Shown: positions 38,437 through 52,731, counted from the first letter of the whole stretch. The stretch: DNA of 62,632 bases, filler included, from Basidiobolus ranarum (GCA_040143965.1; 25 parts of 25 records of this genome joined end to end with filler, not necessarily neighbours in it), one strand, 5' to 3'. Numbers and translations: made by a program. Notes: a model not told the origin generated them from the letters alone.

Positions 38437-40110
38437 ACAATAAAGGAAGCAGCTTTGATTATTGGGCAGTGGAGAGTTCAATCCAATCTTAGCAACCAGG
38501 TGCTTATTAGTTTTCTTACACTTTTACCACAGTTGATTGGCAACTGTTGCTTGCCACTGACCTGGTACAAGTGGAAAACACTTGTCAATCATATGACTTA
38601 TAATCCTTCAGTAACTGAACTGCCTTCATGTCCAAATGGTTGTTTGGCTTTAACTGGTGATGTGAAAAACCTGAAGTCATGTACTGTTTGCACACAATTA
38701 GCAATCACTGAATCAGGTAATTATTGTTCATATTTGGCTTACATACTATTGATTCCTCATCTTGAAGTTTTAATGAATTCACCCAAATATAGATCATTGA
38801 TCCTATACCAAAGTACTCACTATAATGCTGATGGTATTACCAATATACTTGACAGATATCACTACCAGAATCTGAAAAGTCAAGGTTTCTTTGGGAATAT
38901 GTATGATCATGGATTTGCATTGGCTCTGCATGTTTCTCATTAAATAAATATCCCATTGGAAAGGCTTGCTGGCCACTAATTTTAATCAACTTAAATCTTC
39001 CTCCTTCTGAACGGTATAAGAGTCAAAATATTTTGATACTATCCATCATATCTGGACTTAAATCACCAGTGCTTATAGATAGCTTCTTGGAGCCTTCAAT
39101 TGCAGAATTTGAACAGTTATCTAAAGGGGTTTAGATTGGCAAATATTTCATTAAGGCTAATATCATTGTATGTATTGGTGACACTCCTGTCATCAGTAAA
39201 CTTGGAGGTTTTTGTGGGCACAATGCACTATCTTGCTGTGGATTTTGTCAAATCAATGGAGTTTACTCTAACAGGAATACCCATTACTACTATCCAAATA
39301 CAACACTAAACTTCATGATTTAACTGTCAAGAGCCTAGTCAGATCTCAATATGATCACTGATATCAATTCACCAAATAGTCAGTCTAGCATCAAACTTGG
39401 TATTAGTGATAAGCCTAAGATTATATTGCTAAAAGGGATCAGTTGGAGCCAGGGCTTCCCATTAGGCACTATACACTTACTTTTCAACAACATTTCAATA
39501 CTACTTACTCAGTCACCTAGTGGAAAATTCAATATGAATGAGCCATTTGAGATAGGATAAAAGTTTGAATTGATTGGGAAAATGCTTGAAAATATTAAGA
39601 TACCATCATATTTTACCAGGACTCCCATCAATATCCACTCATCTAGGCATTTATTCAAATGCAAAGACTGGAAGTATTAGATTTGTGAATATTCAAGTGG
39701 AATGTTGAAAAGATTTCTGCCTCATAAGTATTGGCAACATTAGAGTTGTTTGTGGATATTGTTAATATATTCTTATGGCATCAACTCACATTGACAAATC
39801 TCAGGCAGAAACAGCAACTATGCAAAGGTTTTGTAATTGGATATGAAAAACATTATCACTGGTTTAAAGAAGATAGACTGAATCTATGCTGGTATTCATT
39901 ACATTCCCTGCTGCATCTTTCACAATGCTTAGAGATTATAGGCCCTTACTATACATTCTGGGAGTTCCCAATGGAGCACACCTGTGGTGAAATGATGCTC
40001 TGTGTGAAATTGTCAGTATTACTATATGCTAGTCTGATTAACAATGTATCAGCAAAATCAGTGATGGATGTAATGCAATGGGTTAAGGAGTTTCCAGAGT
40101 ATATTGACCT
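38437..40110 (+). mobile_element. CMC/EnSpm transposase pseudogene
   Basis: LPSCPNGCLALTG..NLKSCTVC; HSLLHLSQCLEIIGPYYTFWEFPMEHTCG. Colinear with 7671-9445. Confidence 0.88.
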
Positions 40111-40210
40111 NNNNNNNNNNNNNNNNNNNNNNNNNNNNNNNNNNNNNNNNNNNNTTAATTAATTAANNNNNNNNNNNNNNNNNNNNNNNNNNNNNNNNNN
40201 NNNNNNNNNN

Positions 40211-40333
40211 CCGTCACACCATCAAAATCCCTGGCAGAATGCAAGCCAATGATATTGTGACGGTTCTCTGATGGTTTTGCTATTTTGGAGGGTGGATCCG
40301 ATCCGGATCAAATCAATTTTATTTTTGTTAGGG
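40211..40333 (-). mobile_element. CMC/EnSpm-like element end; CpG-retaining copy
   Basis: Ends TTTTTGTTAGGG; matches 15318-15441. Confidence 0.75.
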
Positions 40334-42217
40334 TATTTTAGCTTCAGTCTGTTTAAAGTACATCTATTAGCAATCAGATGGTGAGACATTGCCTTATGTG
40401 ATCAAAGAATTTTAGTAAATATGATGCTTCCCCCATCCTTGGAAATCAACAGTTACATCTATAGTAACATTCCATTAACTAAGAAGGCACATGGGAACAA
40501 GGAAAGAGATAGAGAGCTTGGATAATAGCAACCCTCTTGCAGATTCCTCAGCTCCACAACTAAGAAAATGATTAACAGAGCTTAGTACATGTTCAGAGTT
40601 ACTTTCAAAATGCTTGACTTTACCTTGCAACAAAGCACACTAGTGCAAAAAGCACAAGGATCATATACTTATGCAACATCTGTAACATTTCAATTGGTAA
40701 TAACACCAGTAACTAAGCTCCACAGCTCTCCAACCAGAACTGTAACTTTTCACAGTGTTGATAATAGTTATAAGTGCAAAAGCAAGCAAAAAACCATTAA
40801 AAGCCCATTAAACAAAGTGAGTAATATCTAGCTAGACAGTTATACAAAATACCCAACCATACTTGGAGAATACTTTGAAAAGCTTATAGGGAAAGACACA
40901 GAGGTATTGTGCAGCAAGTTGCTTTCTAAAAATTACTTTCAACTTTATATTGATTTTGATATTGATAAGCAGATATCTGGGAAGAACCTGATGGAAAGTT
41001 GCACCAGGTTGTAGGTTACCCACAAGATAACTAGAACAAGATCAACATTACAACATTATATCAATGGTGATATTTGGGGGAATTACTGGTGCAATTTGAT
41101 GTGAGATATTGACTAAACTGGACATTTGAGACACTTTATTGCAGTATTTAGGAGAATACAGAAATGAAACTGGATATTTTCAAACAAGAATATCAGTCAA
41201 AAAGTAATAATTGAGCAAAATTTGAGTCATGGTTTTCAATTATTGTTGGGTCTTGAGTTGTCCACTACTTTAGCATTTGATAAAAGACTATTTTAGGAAA
41301 TTTGAAAGTTTCAATTCTCAAATTAGAAAGTATAGTAAACTTTAATTCTTAAATTTCTTTTTGAAATATATCAACAAGTTCTGACACTGCGCCAATGACT
41401 GCACATCTCAAGTGCCAGGACCTCAGATTTTAAACAAGTCCTTAAATGTCCCTGTCACCATATTTTGAGATATGCAATGGCCAATGTGTACCAGGCTTTG
41501 ATTAATGAGCAAACTTGGATCAATATATTAAACTAAATGTAATTGAAATTGCTCATGCCAGAGGGTGATGGATAGTGCCAAATTATGCTGCATATATTTT
41601 AGAATACTTTATCCAATATGTTACATACCTTACAATATGGCACTGTTACCAACAACAAGGCCAATATACATGATTGTAACAATTTCTGCTAATTGTTAGC
41701 TTCATATATATCAAATGGTTGTGAAAAGAGCTTGTTTAAGTGGTGAGCTTGCTGAGGAGAGCTATATGGACCAGCAGATGGATTTTTGGACCTAGAGTAT
41801 ATTGTGTATTGAAATAATGACTTCATAGGAAAATATATATATATGTTAGTTGAAAACAAACAAGCATACAAACAATATCAGACATTTACAGCAAATACAA
41901 ATAAAGAGTTACTTTAACAAGACTATGAGATGCTCTGATGATAAAAATTAACAGTTGCAATAATGGCAAAATTTACCTTGCAATGTCAACTTTTGGCAAT
42001 ATTATTGGAAAAAGTTTGCAATAATAGCATATAAAGAAGGTAGAGAAATGGAGAAATGGAAATAAAATGGAATTGAAATAGTCTGGGAAAGAGATTTGGA
42101 GCTGGTTGGAAGAAGTTTGGAGAAATAGAGAAATTGGTAATTTTCACTCATTGATTTATTGTGTAGAAAGTTGACATTGATAGTCTTTTCATGATGTAAA
42201 CAGATTGACATGTAAAA

Positions 42218-42616
42218 AAGACTTGTTCCATCAGACCAGGTCAGATTGTGCCACTTGATCCAGCCTGCTAGTACACCATCTGGTACAATCTGTCAATTAT
42301 CATGGCTGGATCCTATAACACTCAATTGGACACTACAAGGAACAATATGGCACTATCCCACCACAATCAGACATGATGATTTTATTGTAGAAATCTTGCC
42401 CGCCTGTACCAAGTTACCCAATTTAGTATTGCCAAATAACAATTTTGGGTAACTGACAAAGCAAGTTCATCCCCTGTTTTGTAACTTACAAATTAATGAA
42501 TGTGTAACAATAAACAATTTATACTGTAACTTACACAATCAAATGTATAACCAAGACACTCACATGTTTTTAGGACAATCATTTGTCCCTCACTAACACA
42601 ATATCCTGATTTTCAA
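42218..42616 (+). mobile_element. hAT-like DNA transposon end, inserted in a copia A LTR (partial, ~42080-42215)
   Basis: (T/A)AGACTTGTTCCATC terminus; matches the reverse complements of 54600-54988 and 57734-57839. Confidence 0.6.
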
Positions 42617-42716
42617 NNNNNNNNNNNNNNNNNNNNNNNNNNNNNNNNNNNNNNNNNNNNTTAATTAATTAANNNNNNNNNNNNNNNNNNNNNNNNNNNN
42701 NNNNNNNNNNNNNNNN

Positions 42717-45121
42717 CAGGAAGACATTGCCATCGGCTCTCCTATTGCTAATCGTAATCGTGAAGAGATAGAAGCACTAATCGGGTTCTTTGTCAACACT
42801 CAAGTGATTCGGGTTCAGGTGGATCGTGCGTTGACATTCAAAGAGCTGTTGGCACAGGTCAAAGAGGTTACTTTGGGCGCGTATAGTCACCAGGATATTC
42901 CATTCGAACAAATAGTAGCCGAATTACAACCAGAGCGTGACCTTAGTCGTAATCCTTTGGTTCAGGTGATGTTTGTCTTGCAAGACACTTCGTTTGATGA
43001 CTTCAAATTTGGAGATATAGAAGCCATGCAAATTAGTACGGCAGAAATCAACACTCGATTTGACCTTGAAGTTCATTTTTGGAAATGTGGTGAAGGGTTA
43101 AAAGCCAAGTTTGTCTATAGTACTGATTTGTTCAGTCCAGACACTATACATAGAATGCTCTCTGGCTTGCAAAAGATTCTTGAGGCAGTTGTTAAAAATC
43201 CGGATCAAAATATAGATGATATACAATTGCTAGAAGATTTGGAGCGAGAACAACTTTTAGTGGCACTGAATAATACAAATATCAGTTATCCTAATGACAA
43301 ATCAATAGTAAATATCTTTGAGGAGCAAGTCAAATACACGCCGGACGCAGTAGCTGTAGTACAGAATGACGAGTTCCTAAGCTATTATCAACTCCATGAG
43401 ATGTCTACTCAACTAGCCATCTATCTTATTGAACTCGGAGTTAAAAATGAGGCACCAGTTGGCATTTGCATGGAGCGATCACCTCAGATGGTAGTTACTC
43501 TCCTAGCTATTCTCAAGGCTGGTGGAGTTTATGTACCGTTGGATCCTCAATACCCAATGGATAGAATACAGTTTATGCTTACCGATACCAAATCCTCAGT
43601 GATAATATGCCAGAAATCAACTTTGAGCGTATTACCAGACGGAGATCACAAGATCGTATGCTTGGACGAAGAAATCAACAAAATAATGAGTGTATCTCAC
43701 GAGGCTGTCCCAGTACAGCCAGTTGCCACCAATCTTGCCTACATCATATATACTTCTGGTTCCACCGGAATACCCAAGGGAGTTCTTGTGGAACACCGTT
43801 CTGTAGTTCGTTTAGTGAAAAACAACGAGTACATGAGTATTGGAGGTGACGATAAGGTTGCCCACATAGCCAGTACCTCTTTCGATGCAGCGACCTTTGA
43901 AGTGTGGGGTGCAGTCCTCAATGGTGCAACATTAGTGTGCATTAACCATACTGAAGTACTCGATATGAAACTGTTTGCAAAGAATGTCGCAGCTCACTCA
44001 GTCTCTATTATGCTGTTAACTACTGCCCTCTTCAATCGTGTTGTAGAGGATGCTCCAGATGTATTCAATGGCGTGAAGCAAATTCTATTTGGAGGTGAGG
44101 CTGCGAATTATCGTGCTGTCCAAAGCTTCCTCAATCTTCCCAACCGTCCAAGACTATTGAATGCTTATGGGCCTGCGGAGAACACAGCACTTTCAACCTG
44201 GTACGAAGTCAATGAGATTACTAGTCATATCCCAATTGGCAAGCCGATATCGAATAGTCGGGCCTATATTCTAGACCATCACTTAAGTCCGGTGCCTATC
44301 GGATTCGTAGGTGAGCTCTGTGTGGCTGGTGATGGTTTAGCTAGAGGTTACCTGAATCGCCCTGAGCTAACTGCTGAGCGTTTCGTAATCAATCCAAACC
44401 CAGAGTGTAACGGAGAACGAATCTATCGTACTGGAGATCTAGCTCGCTACAAAATTGATGGAAATTTGGAGTTTGTTGGTCGTATGGATCAGCAAGTAAA
44501 AATACACGGATTCAGAATCGAGTTGGGTGAGATCGAAAATGTACTATTGCAACAAGATTCAATCAGGGAATGCGTTGTTGTTGCTTGTAATGATGCATCT
44601 GGGGAGAAACAACTTGTCAGTTATGTGGTGGTAAGTGGAGAATTGACGACTGGAATGGATACTGAGCAAGTCGATAAGTGGGGAGCAGTATTTGATCAAC
44701 ATGTTTACGAGGACCTTGAAGAGGATCTGGCCGAACCTTCATTCAACATTACAGGGTGGAAATGTACCCTTACCGGTGAAGATATTCCCTCAGATGAAAT
44801 GAGAGAGTGGCTCAAGGACACCATTGCTGGAATCAGACAGCTAGGAGGCCAAGATATTCTCGAAATTGGATGTGGTACTGGAATGCTACTATTCGAGATC
44901 GCTCCATATTGTGAGCGTTACGTTGGAACGGATGTTTCCAGTGCTGCTTTGGCCTATGTCAACAAATACTTGGATACCTACAAACTACGGGATACAGTGC
45001 AGTTAGAACAACGCAGTGGTGATCAGCTGGACTCTATGGAAGAGGGAAGTTTTGACACGATAATATGCAACTCTGTAGCTCAATACTTCCCGAATATTGA
45101 GTATCTCAAAGATGTGGTGGT
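42717..45121 (+). CDS. Nonribosomal peptide synthetase, internal fragment: condensation (C-terminal half), adenylation, embedded N-methyltransferase
   Basis: Open across the whole contig (~801 codons, no intron). IGSPIANR..IGFFVNT; AYSHQDIPFE; LAYIIYTSGSTGIPKGV; FDAATFE; NAYGPAE; GELCVAGDGLARGY; YRTGDL; GRMDQQVKIHGFRIELGEIE; ILEIGCGTG; NSVAQYFP. Confidence 0.98.
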
Positions 45122-48100
45122 NNNNNNNNNNNNNNNNNNNNNNNNNNNNNNNNNNNNNNNNNNNNTTAATTAATTAANNNNNNNNNNNNNNNNNNNNNNN
45201 NNNNNNNNNNNNNNNNNNNNNCTTAGTACAGTGCTATATACAACAGTAAAAATGCCATACAAATTGATATCATACTGCAACTTCAATAATGCGGAATGAG
45301 GAATGTTATAATATGGGATTGCTACCATCCAATTCCGCATCACCTTAAGGCAGGTAATATGTGATAATTAGACCATTTTGGACGAAGTAACATCGACATA
45401 TATCGCTATAGAGGTTGACTGTAGTTCGAATCATTAGCATTTGAATTGGTATTCTTTGTCATTTCAGGTTTGAGCTAAAGCATTCAAAGAATTAAGTAAT
45501 TAAGAATGTTAATAGTAATAAGCTAAGGTAGAAAAATATTCTTGTTTGAGATAAGAGCTTCCAGGTAAGCAAAGAGATCACATCACAGATGGGTACATTA
45601 TCCAAAACTATAACTCGTGAAAGAGCAACGGATGAATCTAGTTAGCGACTGAACATGTGACCGGTCCCTTATGCTTTTCAATGGGAGGAAAGTAGCAGTG
45701 AGGAAATGCCAGATATACAAGTAATAGGTGTAGAAGACGTTAGTTTTCGAAAAGGTTGTACACTTAGCTGGTGTAGCTTTGGCCGAACTTATGGGTATAT
45801 TTCCCCACCTATATTGGAAGAAGGTATATGGGTTGGGATATCCAATTTTGCGACATGTAGAGGACATGAGTGAGATAGGACCACCTTAAAACAGGAATTT
45901 AGGTCCCGAATAATACTCATTACACAAGGTTAGGAGTGACTAGATCATGTAGTTACAGGCAAATAGCTGGAGTAGTTTGGCAGTACGTAATTTATTTGGT
46001 GATTTTATAGATATATATTCCATGTTCATTAGATCACAGTAAACTATGAGGAAATAAATGATATATAACATAGTTAGCAATCTATTTAGCCAGGTTCTTG
46101 TTTCACCGAACACGTTTTTTTCCCATTTGCAAGAGGCATTACCATTCACTCTCATTAGCTTTATACAGTAGAACTTCAAGATCTAGATCAGAGGAATTGT
46201 TATACAAGAAGCATTGAGCGAATTGTATCTGCTGCACTAGTTAGTAATGCTTGACAACGAAGTTGAACGACAAAATGCATATCTTGTGTGAGGAATTTTT
46301 TGTAAGCTATCATCGTATATTGGCTTAAGCAGGTTGGAATGTGGATCAATAGATTCTTGATGGTTACTCTGCAATGGCATCTCTGGATATATGGTTGATA
46401 TAACTGCAACAATCAGGCGCTTGCTCCACTCTATACCTAGCTCCTTGTAGGTTTGAGGGGTAGCTATAACAAGGCATGTGTAACTTGATATCCTAGCCTG
46501 TGAAAGATAACTACAATGTTCACATATAGAATTAGAAGGAGGTATATATGCCGGAGTGTGAGAAACATGATGTAGAAGGCAAGTCAAAATGCCCAACTTC
46601 TCTTGTATTGTCTGTTGGACAAATTTAACATCCAGACAGGATACCCCGGTCCAAAATCACCGAAAGAATCGATGAAATGGATGTATGGCAAAAGTAGCGT
46701 CGTTGTCGAACCATGTATCAAACCTTATATTACAACTGAGTGTATGTTGTATGTAGAGCACAGGTCTGGGCTCGTATTCACCGCAACAGGGATTGTTTCA
46801 TTCCAGTTTCTGATGGTTGTGACTACTTGGCAGTATGCAAATGTTGATATTAATGCTCTGTCAATCATTGTACTACAATTCCGAGTCATTGACGGTTACA
46901 TAACTATTTCTCGACGCAGGCTTTAGTTACACTGTGTATCTGAACACGGAGTATTACTGGCTGGAATCCTCACAGCAGAGTACAATGCTGCAATGACCGC
47001 AAGAAGCCAATCTTAGCAGCATTGCATGGTGTTGTCTGGCATGTACGTTTGAGCAGGCTGAGTATTTCTTTGGAACTGACTTCTTGAAAGGTGCAGAAAA
47101 GTTAGTAACACTTGATGAGCATATTAGTCCATCCAAAGACACGGGTAATATAGCAAAGGATGCTAAAGAGTTACCATCAACTGCGTTGAAACGCTCATCT
47201 CCATCTAGAGCTGGAGATCGCCTTGGAGAAGTCAATAGGTTTGATCTAGTCGTTCGATGGATATCATATTTATTCATCATGTAAGACACAATAAAGGACG
47301 CAAGTGATACATGTATATATATATGCTGATACGGATTGATTGAGATGCTTTTCTTTGGAGCAAAGAAGTTACAAAACTCAACTTTGAATGAATTACAGAT
47401 ATAAATGAGGCCTATTGGAGGAGACCCATTTACCAATATATCAAATTATACAGGGAATTTTAGAGAGGACGGTATGCAGTAATACAAGAAGTTCAATGGG
47501 AGGGACGGGAATTAGTATGTATGAACAATCAAGCCGCGAGGAAATTATATAGAGCGTATGGCTTTAGGATAAAACGAGGGGTTAATTGAAGTCGTTTTGT
47601 TGTGAGTGGTAATGTGTGAATATAGNNNNNNNNNNNNNNNNNNNNNNNNNNNNNNNNNNNNNNNNNNNNTTAATTAATTAANNNNNNNNNNNNNNNNNNN
47701 NNNNNNNNNNNNNNNNNNNNNNNNNCAATGGCCATATTTGGAAGTGCCGGCGGTAGTACAATGGGGAATATAGTCATTGATCCAAGGAAATTGGTTCGTA
47801 TTTTTATCTGTTTCAGAAGCCGTTGGAAGCGCAGGTAGATCTCAGCAACAATGCCCACGATTCGAGCGGATGAAATACAAATTACGAATGTCTAACACCG
47901 TGGACAAATTAAACGCAATTGGACCCTACCTCGTAATTAAAAATATGCGATTCATAAGCTTAATAGTTATCGGATCTGGATGCCCACGTTATATTGCCCT
48001 AAGACAGAGAACTACTGTTTAGAAGCCTCAGGTCACATCCAGTGTTGCGAAATCGGTGATAGAGTCGGCTGCTTTAGGAAAGAGCGCAGTAAAAGCACAC

Positions 48101-50427
48101 TCGAGTTATTGGTATAGGATTTTTAGATCACATCATTGGCAATTCACATGGACTTACACCAATTGTAGCAAGCCTATCACGGTGAGTGGATTCCATCCAG
48201 CGTTTCGAACACCATGTTTAAGAATGATGATGTACTTAAGCCTCCAAACATGAGTCTCAGTTGATGCAACGTCGAGGAAAAGGGTTTAAAATCACAGCGT
48301 CGTACACAACGGTTACAAAATATGACTTCCGATGCCATCAAGAGTTGCTACATCACTGCAGAGGGATGATGCAAAATTATCATGCATTGTTTTCCATAGC
48401 TATCGAAAGGATGGTACAACGGGAGACCACGAAATGTTGGGGAAGTTTGGCCAAGTTTGATCTGTCGGGGAATGCAAAAGGTTGCACTGCCACTGTAAAA
48501 AAACTCCTACTGTTTAAAGCGGTATCTTGAGAGTGAGACAAAGAGAAAAAGGGTTTGATATTTGGAACACTTTTGATGATGCCTTAAATGTGGAGGACGC
48601 CGCGAATACTGAACCAATATTAAAAGCTTAGATATCCACGTTTTGTATCCGCTATATCTGCATCTTGATTAAATATACTGTCTGTTAATATAAAATCTCA
48701 ACCTAATCCGATTGATCGCCCTCTGGAGCCTATTATATGCCAGACTGGATATGCGCGATAAGTAGCATATCCTATATATATATTATATAGTATAGATGAG
48801 AGATGGTTGCAATATTCTGATAGAACTAGCAAATCAGAATCCTAATTTTTGAACGAATCACAGTTAGAGGTTTAACAAAAATTATCAACCGATGATGGAG
48901 GCAAGCAAAGGGCGGGAGATCATCTTGCTCTTATTAACAGCACCTGAGTAATTATGTTTAATTATTGACTTATATATACACTGGATGCCCACGCTCAGAG
49001 CTTAGCTGGTCGCATTAATTATGAAGTAATAATAACAGTGTACAGCTACTTGAGCTGTATAGAAACAAATCACAGTGTTAGAATCCAATTTGCTAGTTGC
49101 AGGGTTGTTATTGTTTGTAACCCGATATACCGAAAAACTCGGAAAGAGGATTGAAGATAGCCTGTTAGTATGGTATTACGGATAACTTTACTCTTTAAAG
49201 CGCCATATCTAGACCATTCTATTACCCGTATTACTACCAAATGGTAGTAGTCAAATGGCACAAAAGACTGGTATAATATCGGGAATTGCAAATCTAGCTA
49301 GAGACTTCATTTCTTTACCAAATTAATACATCGTAAACTTGAAATTACGGGAAACTATTGGGTTCTTGGATAATTAAAGGTGAAACCTGATTTTTAAAAT
49401 CATTCTTCAATCTCATAAGCCTTTGAGTTGCTTAGTTGTTTCTATTAAGAAACTCATCTTGGATATACAGTCTGAAACATGCAATGTCCGATCCTGGATT
49501 CGTGGTCATCTTTCTGGTCAATATCATCACTAGATGCATTTTAACTGAGTCTTCATTTGACGTAGTAAGATGGTGTGATGTTTGGGTTTCGTGGAAAGGA
49601 ATGGGCAGAATATTATTGATGCCAGGAATAGAGACTGATTGGCAAATAGTAGCCTGTTTGGACGCTACAAATATCGTGAGATATCTTACTGTAAAAGTTG
49701 GTTAATGTCCAAACAATCACTAAGATCAATACTGTTGAAGAATTCTGTTCATCACAAACTTAGTCTTAGTTTTCAAGAGGGTGTCTTATCTTGAACTTCC
49801 ATTCATTTACAATAGGCGAATACTTGCTGGTCTATATGGATGGGATATGGTTACGGTATAATCAAAGTATGACAACGATAATGCATCTTACTTCCTGCTT
49901 AATTATGGCATGGCTCAGTTAATAATCACCATTGGATACGAAAATAAACCAAAATCAGCAAAGTCAATAGTGAGTGTCCAAGCTGACATGATGCGCATTC
50001 GTGTAACCATTGAACTGACAACACAGATTCGGGGAGGCTCTACACGTGCGTTCGCTTTCTTTCCAAGTCATATAAAAGGCTATGTAGCTGAAAGGGTTCG
50101 CCATAATCATATTCTCCAACTTCTTATCNNNNNNNNNNNNNNNNNNNNNNNNNNNNNNNNNNNNNNNNNNNNTTAATTAATTAANNNNNNNNNNNNNNNN
50201 NNNNNNNNNNNNNNNNNNNNNNNNNNNNTAAAGTATAGATTTCCCCGCACCCTCAATATAGACTAGGACATGTTAATAGACGTTTCTGATGAACACTACA
50301 TTAGTAAAGCATGCTTAATACATCGTTAGTGTGTAGATGCTAGTAAAAAGACGTCGCTAGGAAGTCTTCGGGTGTTGGATGTGGATTGTGGATGATACCG
50401 AACAATAACGGAATTTGCTTCAAGATG

Positions 50428-50492
50428 GTGTGTAGACCAAAGAAAGTGTGTAGACCAATGGAAGTGTGTAGACCAAAGAAAGTGTGTAGACC
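50428..50492 (+). repeat. 18-bp minisatellite (GTGTGTAGACCAAAGAAA) x ~3.6
   Basis: Direct tandem repeats visible in the sequence. Confidence 0.9.
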
Positions 50493-52425
50493 CAACCATT
50501 TTGTATCTAGATCAAAGATAAGTTAACTGGCTTAACAAGTATTAGGTGAAAAGTGAAACCAATGGCACATATATGTGTTTCGGTGTATTGAAGACAATGG
50601 TATCTACTTCCACCGTGACATGATTGACCAAACTTGTAGGACTTTACCTACGGTCCGCATACATTCCTTTGATCTAGCTGCCCACATAAAGTATGCCAAT
50701 ATAGGCACAAAAGTACTCCAACATTAGGTGAATATTCGTTTGCCTATTTAATATACTTCGTGATATATAGTCAAGTCTAAATATCTGATTGGTGCTCACG
50801 TGGTGGCGGAAATATTCCAAGCCAATCAACATAGGAGCGGAAGCGAAATAAACATAATAAAAATGGTGAAAATTCTTTAACTGGCCGGAATTTGAATTAG
50901 AGTACTCTTTTGTACCAACATTGAATCTCATTGCTCAACTAGTGTATCTTGGACAGGGACTGGACTAGTCCATAAAAGTGAAACACTCGATATATCTGAG
51001 TGTATTCTAGAATAACCTGACCCTAAGAGCGATCAAAACTACCAATTGTGCTCTTGTGTTCTTTAATAAGTTCCTGATAGAAGCATCATTAATCTATACT
51101 TGTACTTGATAAACTAGATTTACCAGGAAAATTGTTTGTTCTGTTGCTTCATCTGTCGCAAATCTTATTCGTTAATCATTAGTCAGCTATATACGATGAT
51201 GTACATGTATTAACCGTGTATGTACTAACCGTGTTGAATTGTATTTCTATTTCGGGAATCAGTGGTTCAAAAAGAATTAGTCCGAAACTGAAATAAAAGA
51301 TCCACATCTATATATATTTATATTGAAAGCTTCATTAATTTATACTACCATTGCTTCCACATGGCGTGATTGACCAAACTGTGGCTTAATATCTTATATC
51401 TACCACATTGGTAAATTCCCCATATACAAAGATATGGCCCAAAAATACTCCAACATTATTAGAAGCATCTTGTTAGGTGACTATTCGTTTGCTTTGTTGA
51501 TATATTATTGCTCTCGTGGAATCCGTGTGGTTTAGGAACCAGTTTATATAATAGGAGTGGTTAGGTTGTGACAGCAGTCATGTGGGTAAGTAAGTGTGTG
51601 CTTGGGTTAATGATGTATAATTTCAGTATGGAGCTGTGTCTATTAATGCAATTTGTTCTAACCACTGGCAGATTGCCGCTACTAATATGAGTAGGGTTAG
51701 GGTTCGGATGCTCGCTTTGATATTGAATGAAAATTCTGCTCAAGTTGGTCATCGAGAAAATATTTGACATACACTTTAAAAAAAAGTGAATTTACCATCC
51801 ATTTTCTGAGATACAGCATTGAGCACAGAATCGTAGTCTAAGTTAAGAGGTTCAGCCTCGTTACCAGTTATCTTAAATGCTTATAGAAGGGTCATATGAA
51901 AAATAGCAATTCAAAAGCATTAGTTATCTTGGTAGGTATTAGGGTCTATCAATTTATATTTAATACTCTGCGGCCTAGTTATCTACTTGTTTGGAATCAT
52001 CACAGAATATTTGAAATATATGACATTTTTGTTAACTTTGAGAGGCTTCAATGTTAGTTTTCGTATTAAAGGTCAAGATGGATACTGCTTCATAAAGCCG
52101 ATGGTTCGTTTACGGCAAATTTCCTATGATATCTATAAGTACTTTGTCGCTTGTGCACAACGTTCTACGCACTTCCTCAAGCGCTACAATGCCTAAAATT
52201 ACCTTTCAACGCCTAGAGTATAATTCATATCCAACAAGAAGCGCTCTTTGATGTTAACTTCTACATATGTATATTACTATTAGAATATTTAGAGTTAAGG
52301 CTATGTGTTTAAGCAAACTTTAATGTATAATCTCAAATAAAATCAATAAACAGCATCTATCTACATTTGTGGGCTTCTAATACTTGGGTACTAGAAGAGA
52401 AAGGTATCTATGTATAATGCGCTCT

Positions 52426-52631
52426 TCAGAGCTTTTCTGGCTTTTCATCGCTAGTTGCACTACCTCCGAACATGTGATCGATTTGCTCAAGACTCTTGCC
52501 CTTGGTCTCGGGAACAAAGAAGATAATGAAAATGAGCATTATTACACCGCATGCACCAAAGATGATGTACAATCCCCAATTGATTGACTTCATCAAAGGA
52601 GGAACGACCTCACCAATGATGAAGTTGAAGA
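52426..52631 (-). CDS. MFS sugar porter family transporter, C-terminal end
   Basis: FNFIIGEVVPPLMKSINWGLYIIFGACGVIMLIFIIFFVPETKGKSLEQIDHMF...*, with the PETKG signature. Not in the ORF track. Confidence 0.92.
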
Positions 52632-52731
52632 NNNNNNNNNNNNNNNNNNNNNNNNNNNNNNNNNNNNNNNNNNNNTTAATTAATTAANNNNNNNNNNNNN
52701 NNNNNNNNNNNNNNNNNNNNNNNNNNNNNNN

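Noticed and set aside
40334-41700. Additional transposase or helicase in CpG-free DNA (also 15442-16650)
   Set aside because: Probably decayed repeat DNA, but I found no diagnostic motif by eye.
46600-47436. Gene in overlapping ORFs 46603-46926, 46954-47436 and 47084-47284
   Set aside because: No recognisable domain or consistent exon structure. It may be a decayed gene, but the strand cannot be decided.
50600-51560. Local diverged duplication (~50600-50830 vs ~51350-51560)
   Set aside because: Short patches of similarity with no termini or coding signal; no interpretable function.
42717-52631. Biosynthetic gene cluster (NRPS plus MFS transporter)
   Set aside because: The genes are on different, artificially joined contigs.
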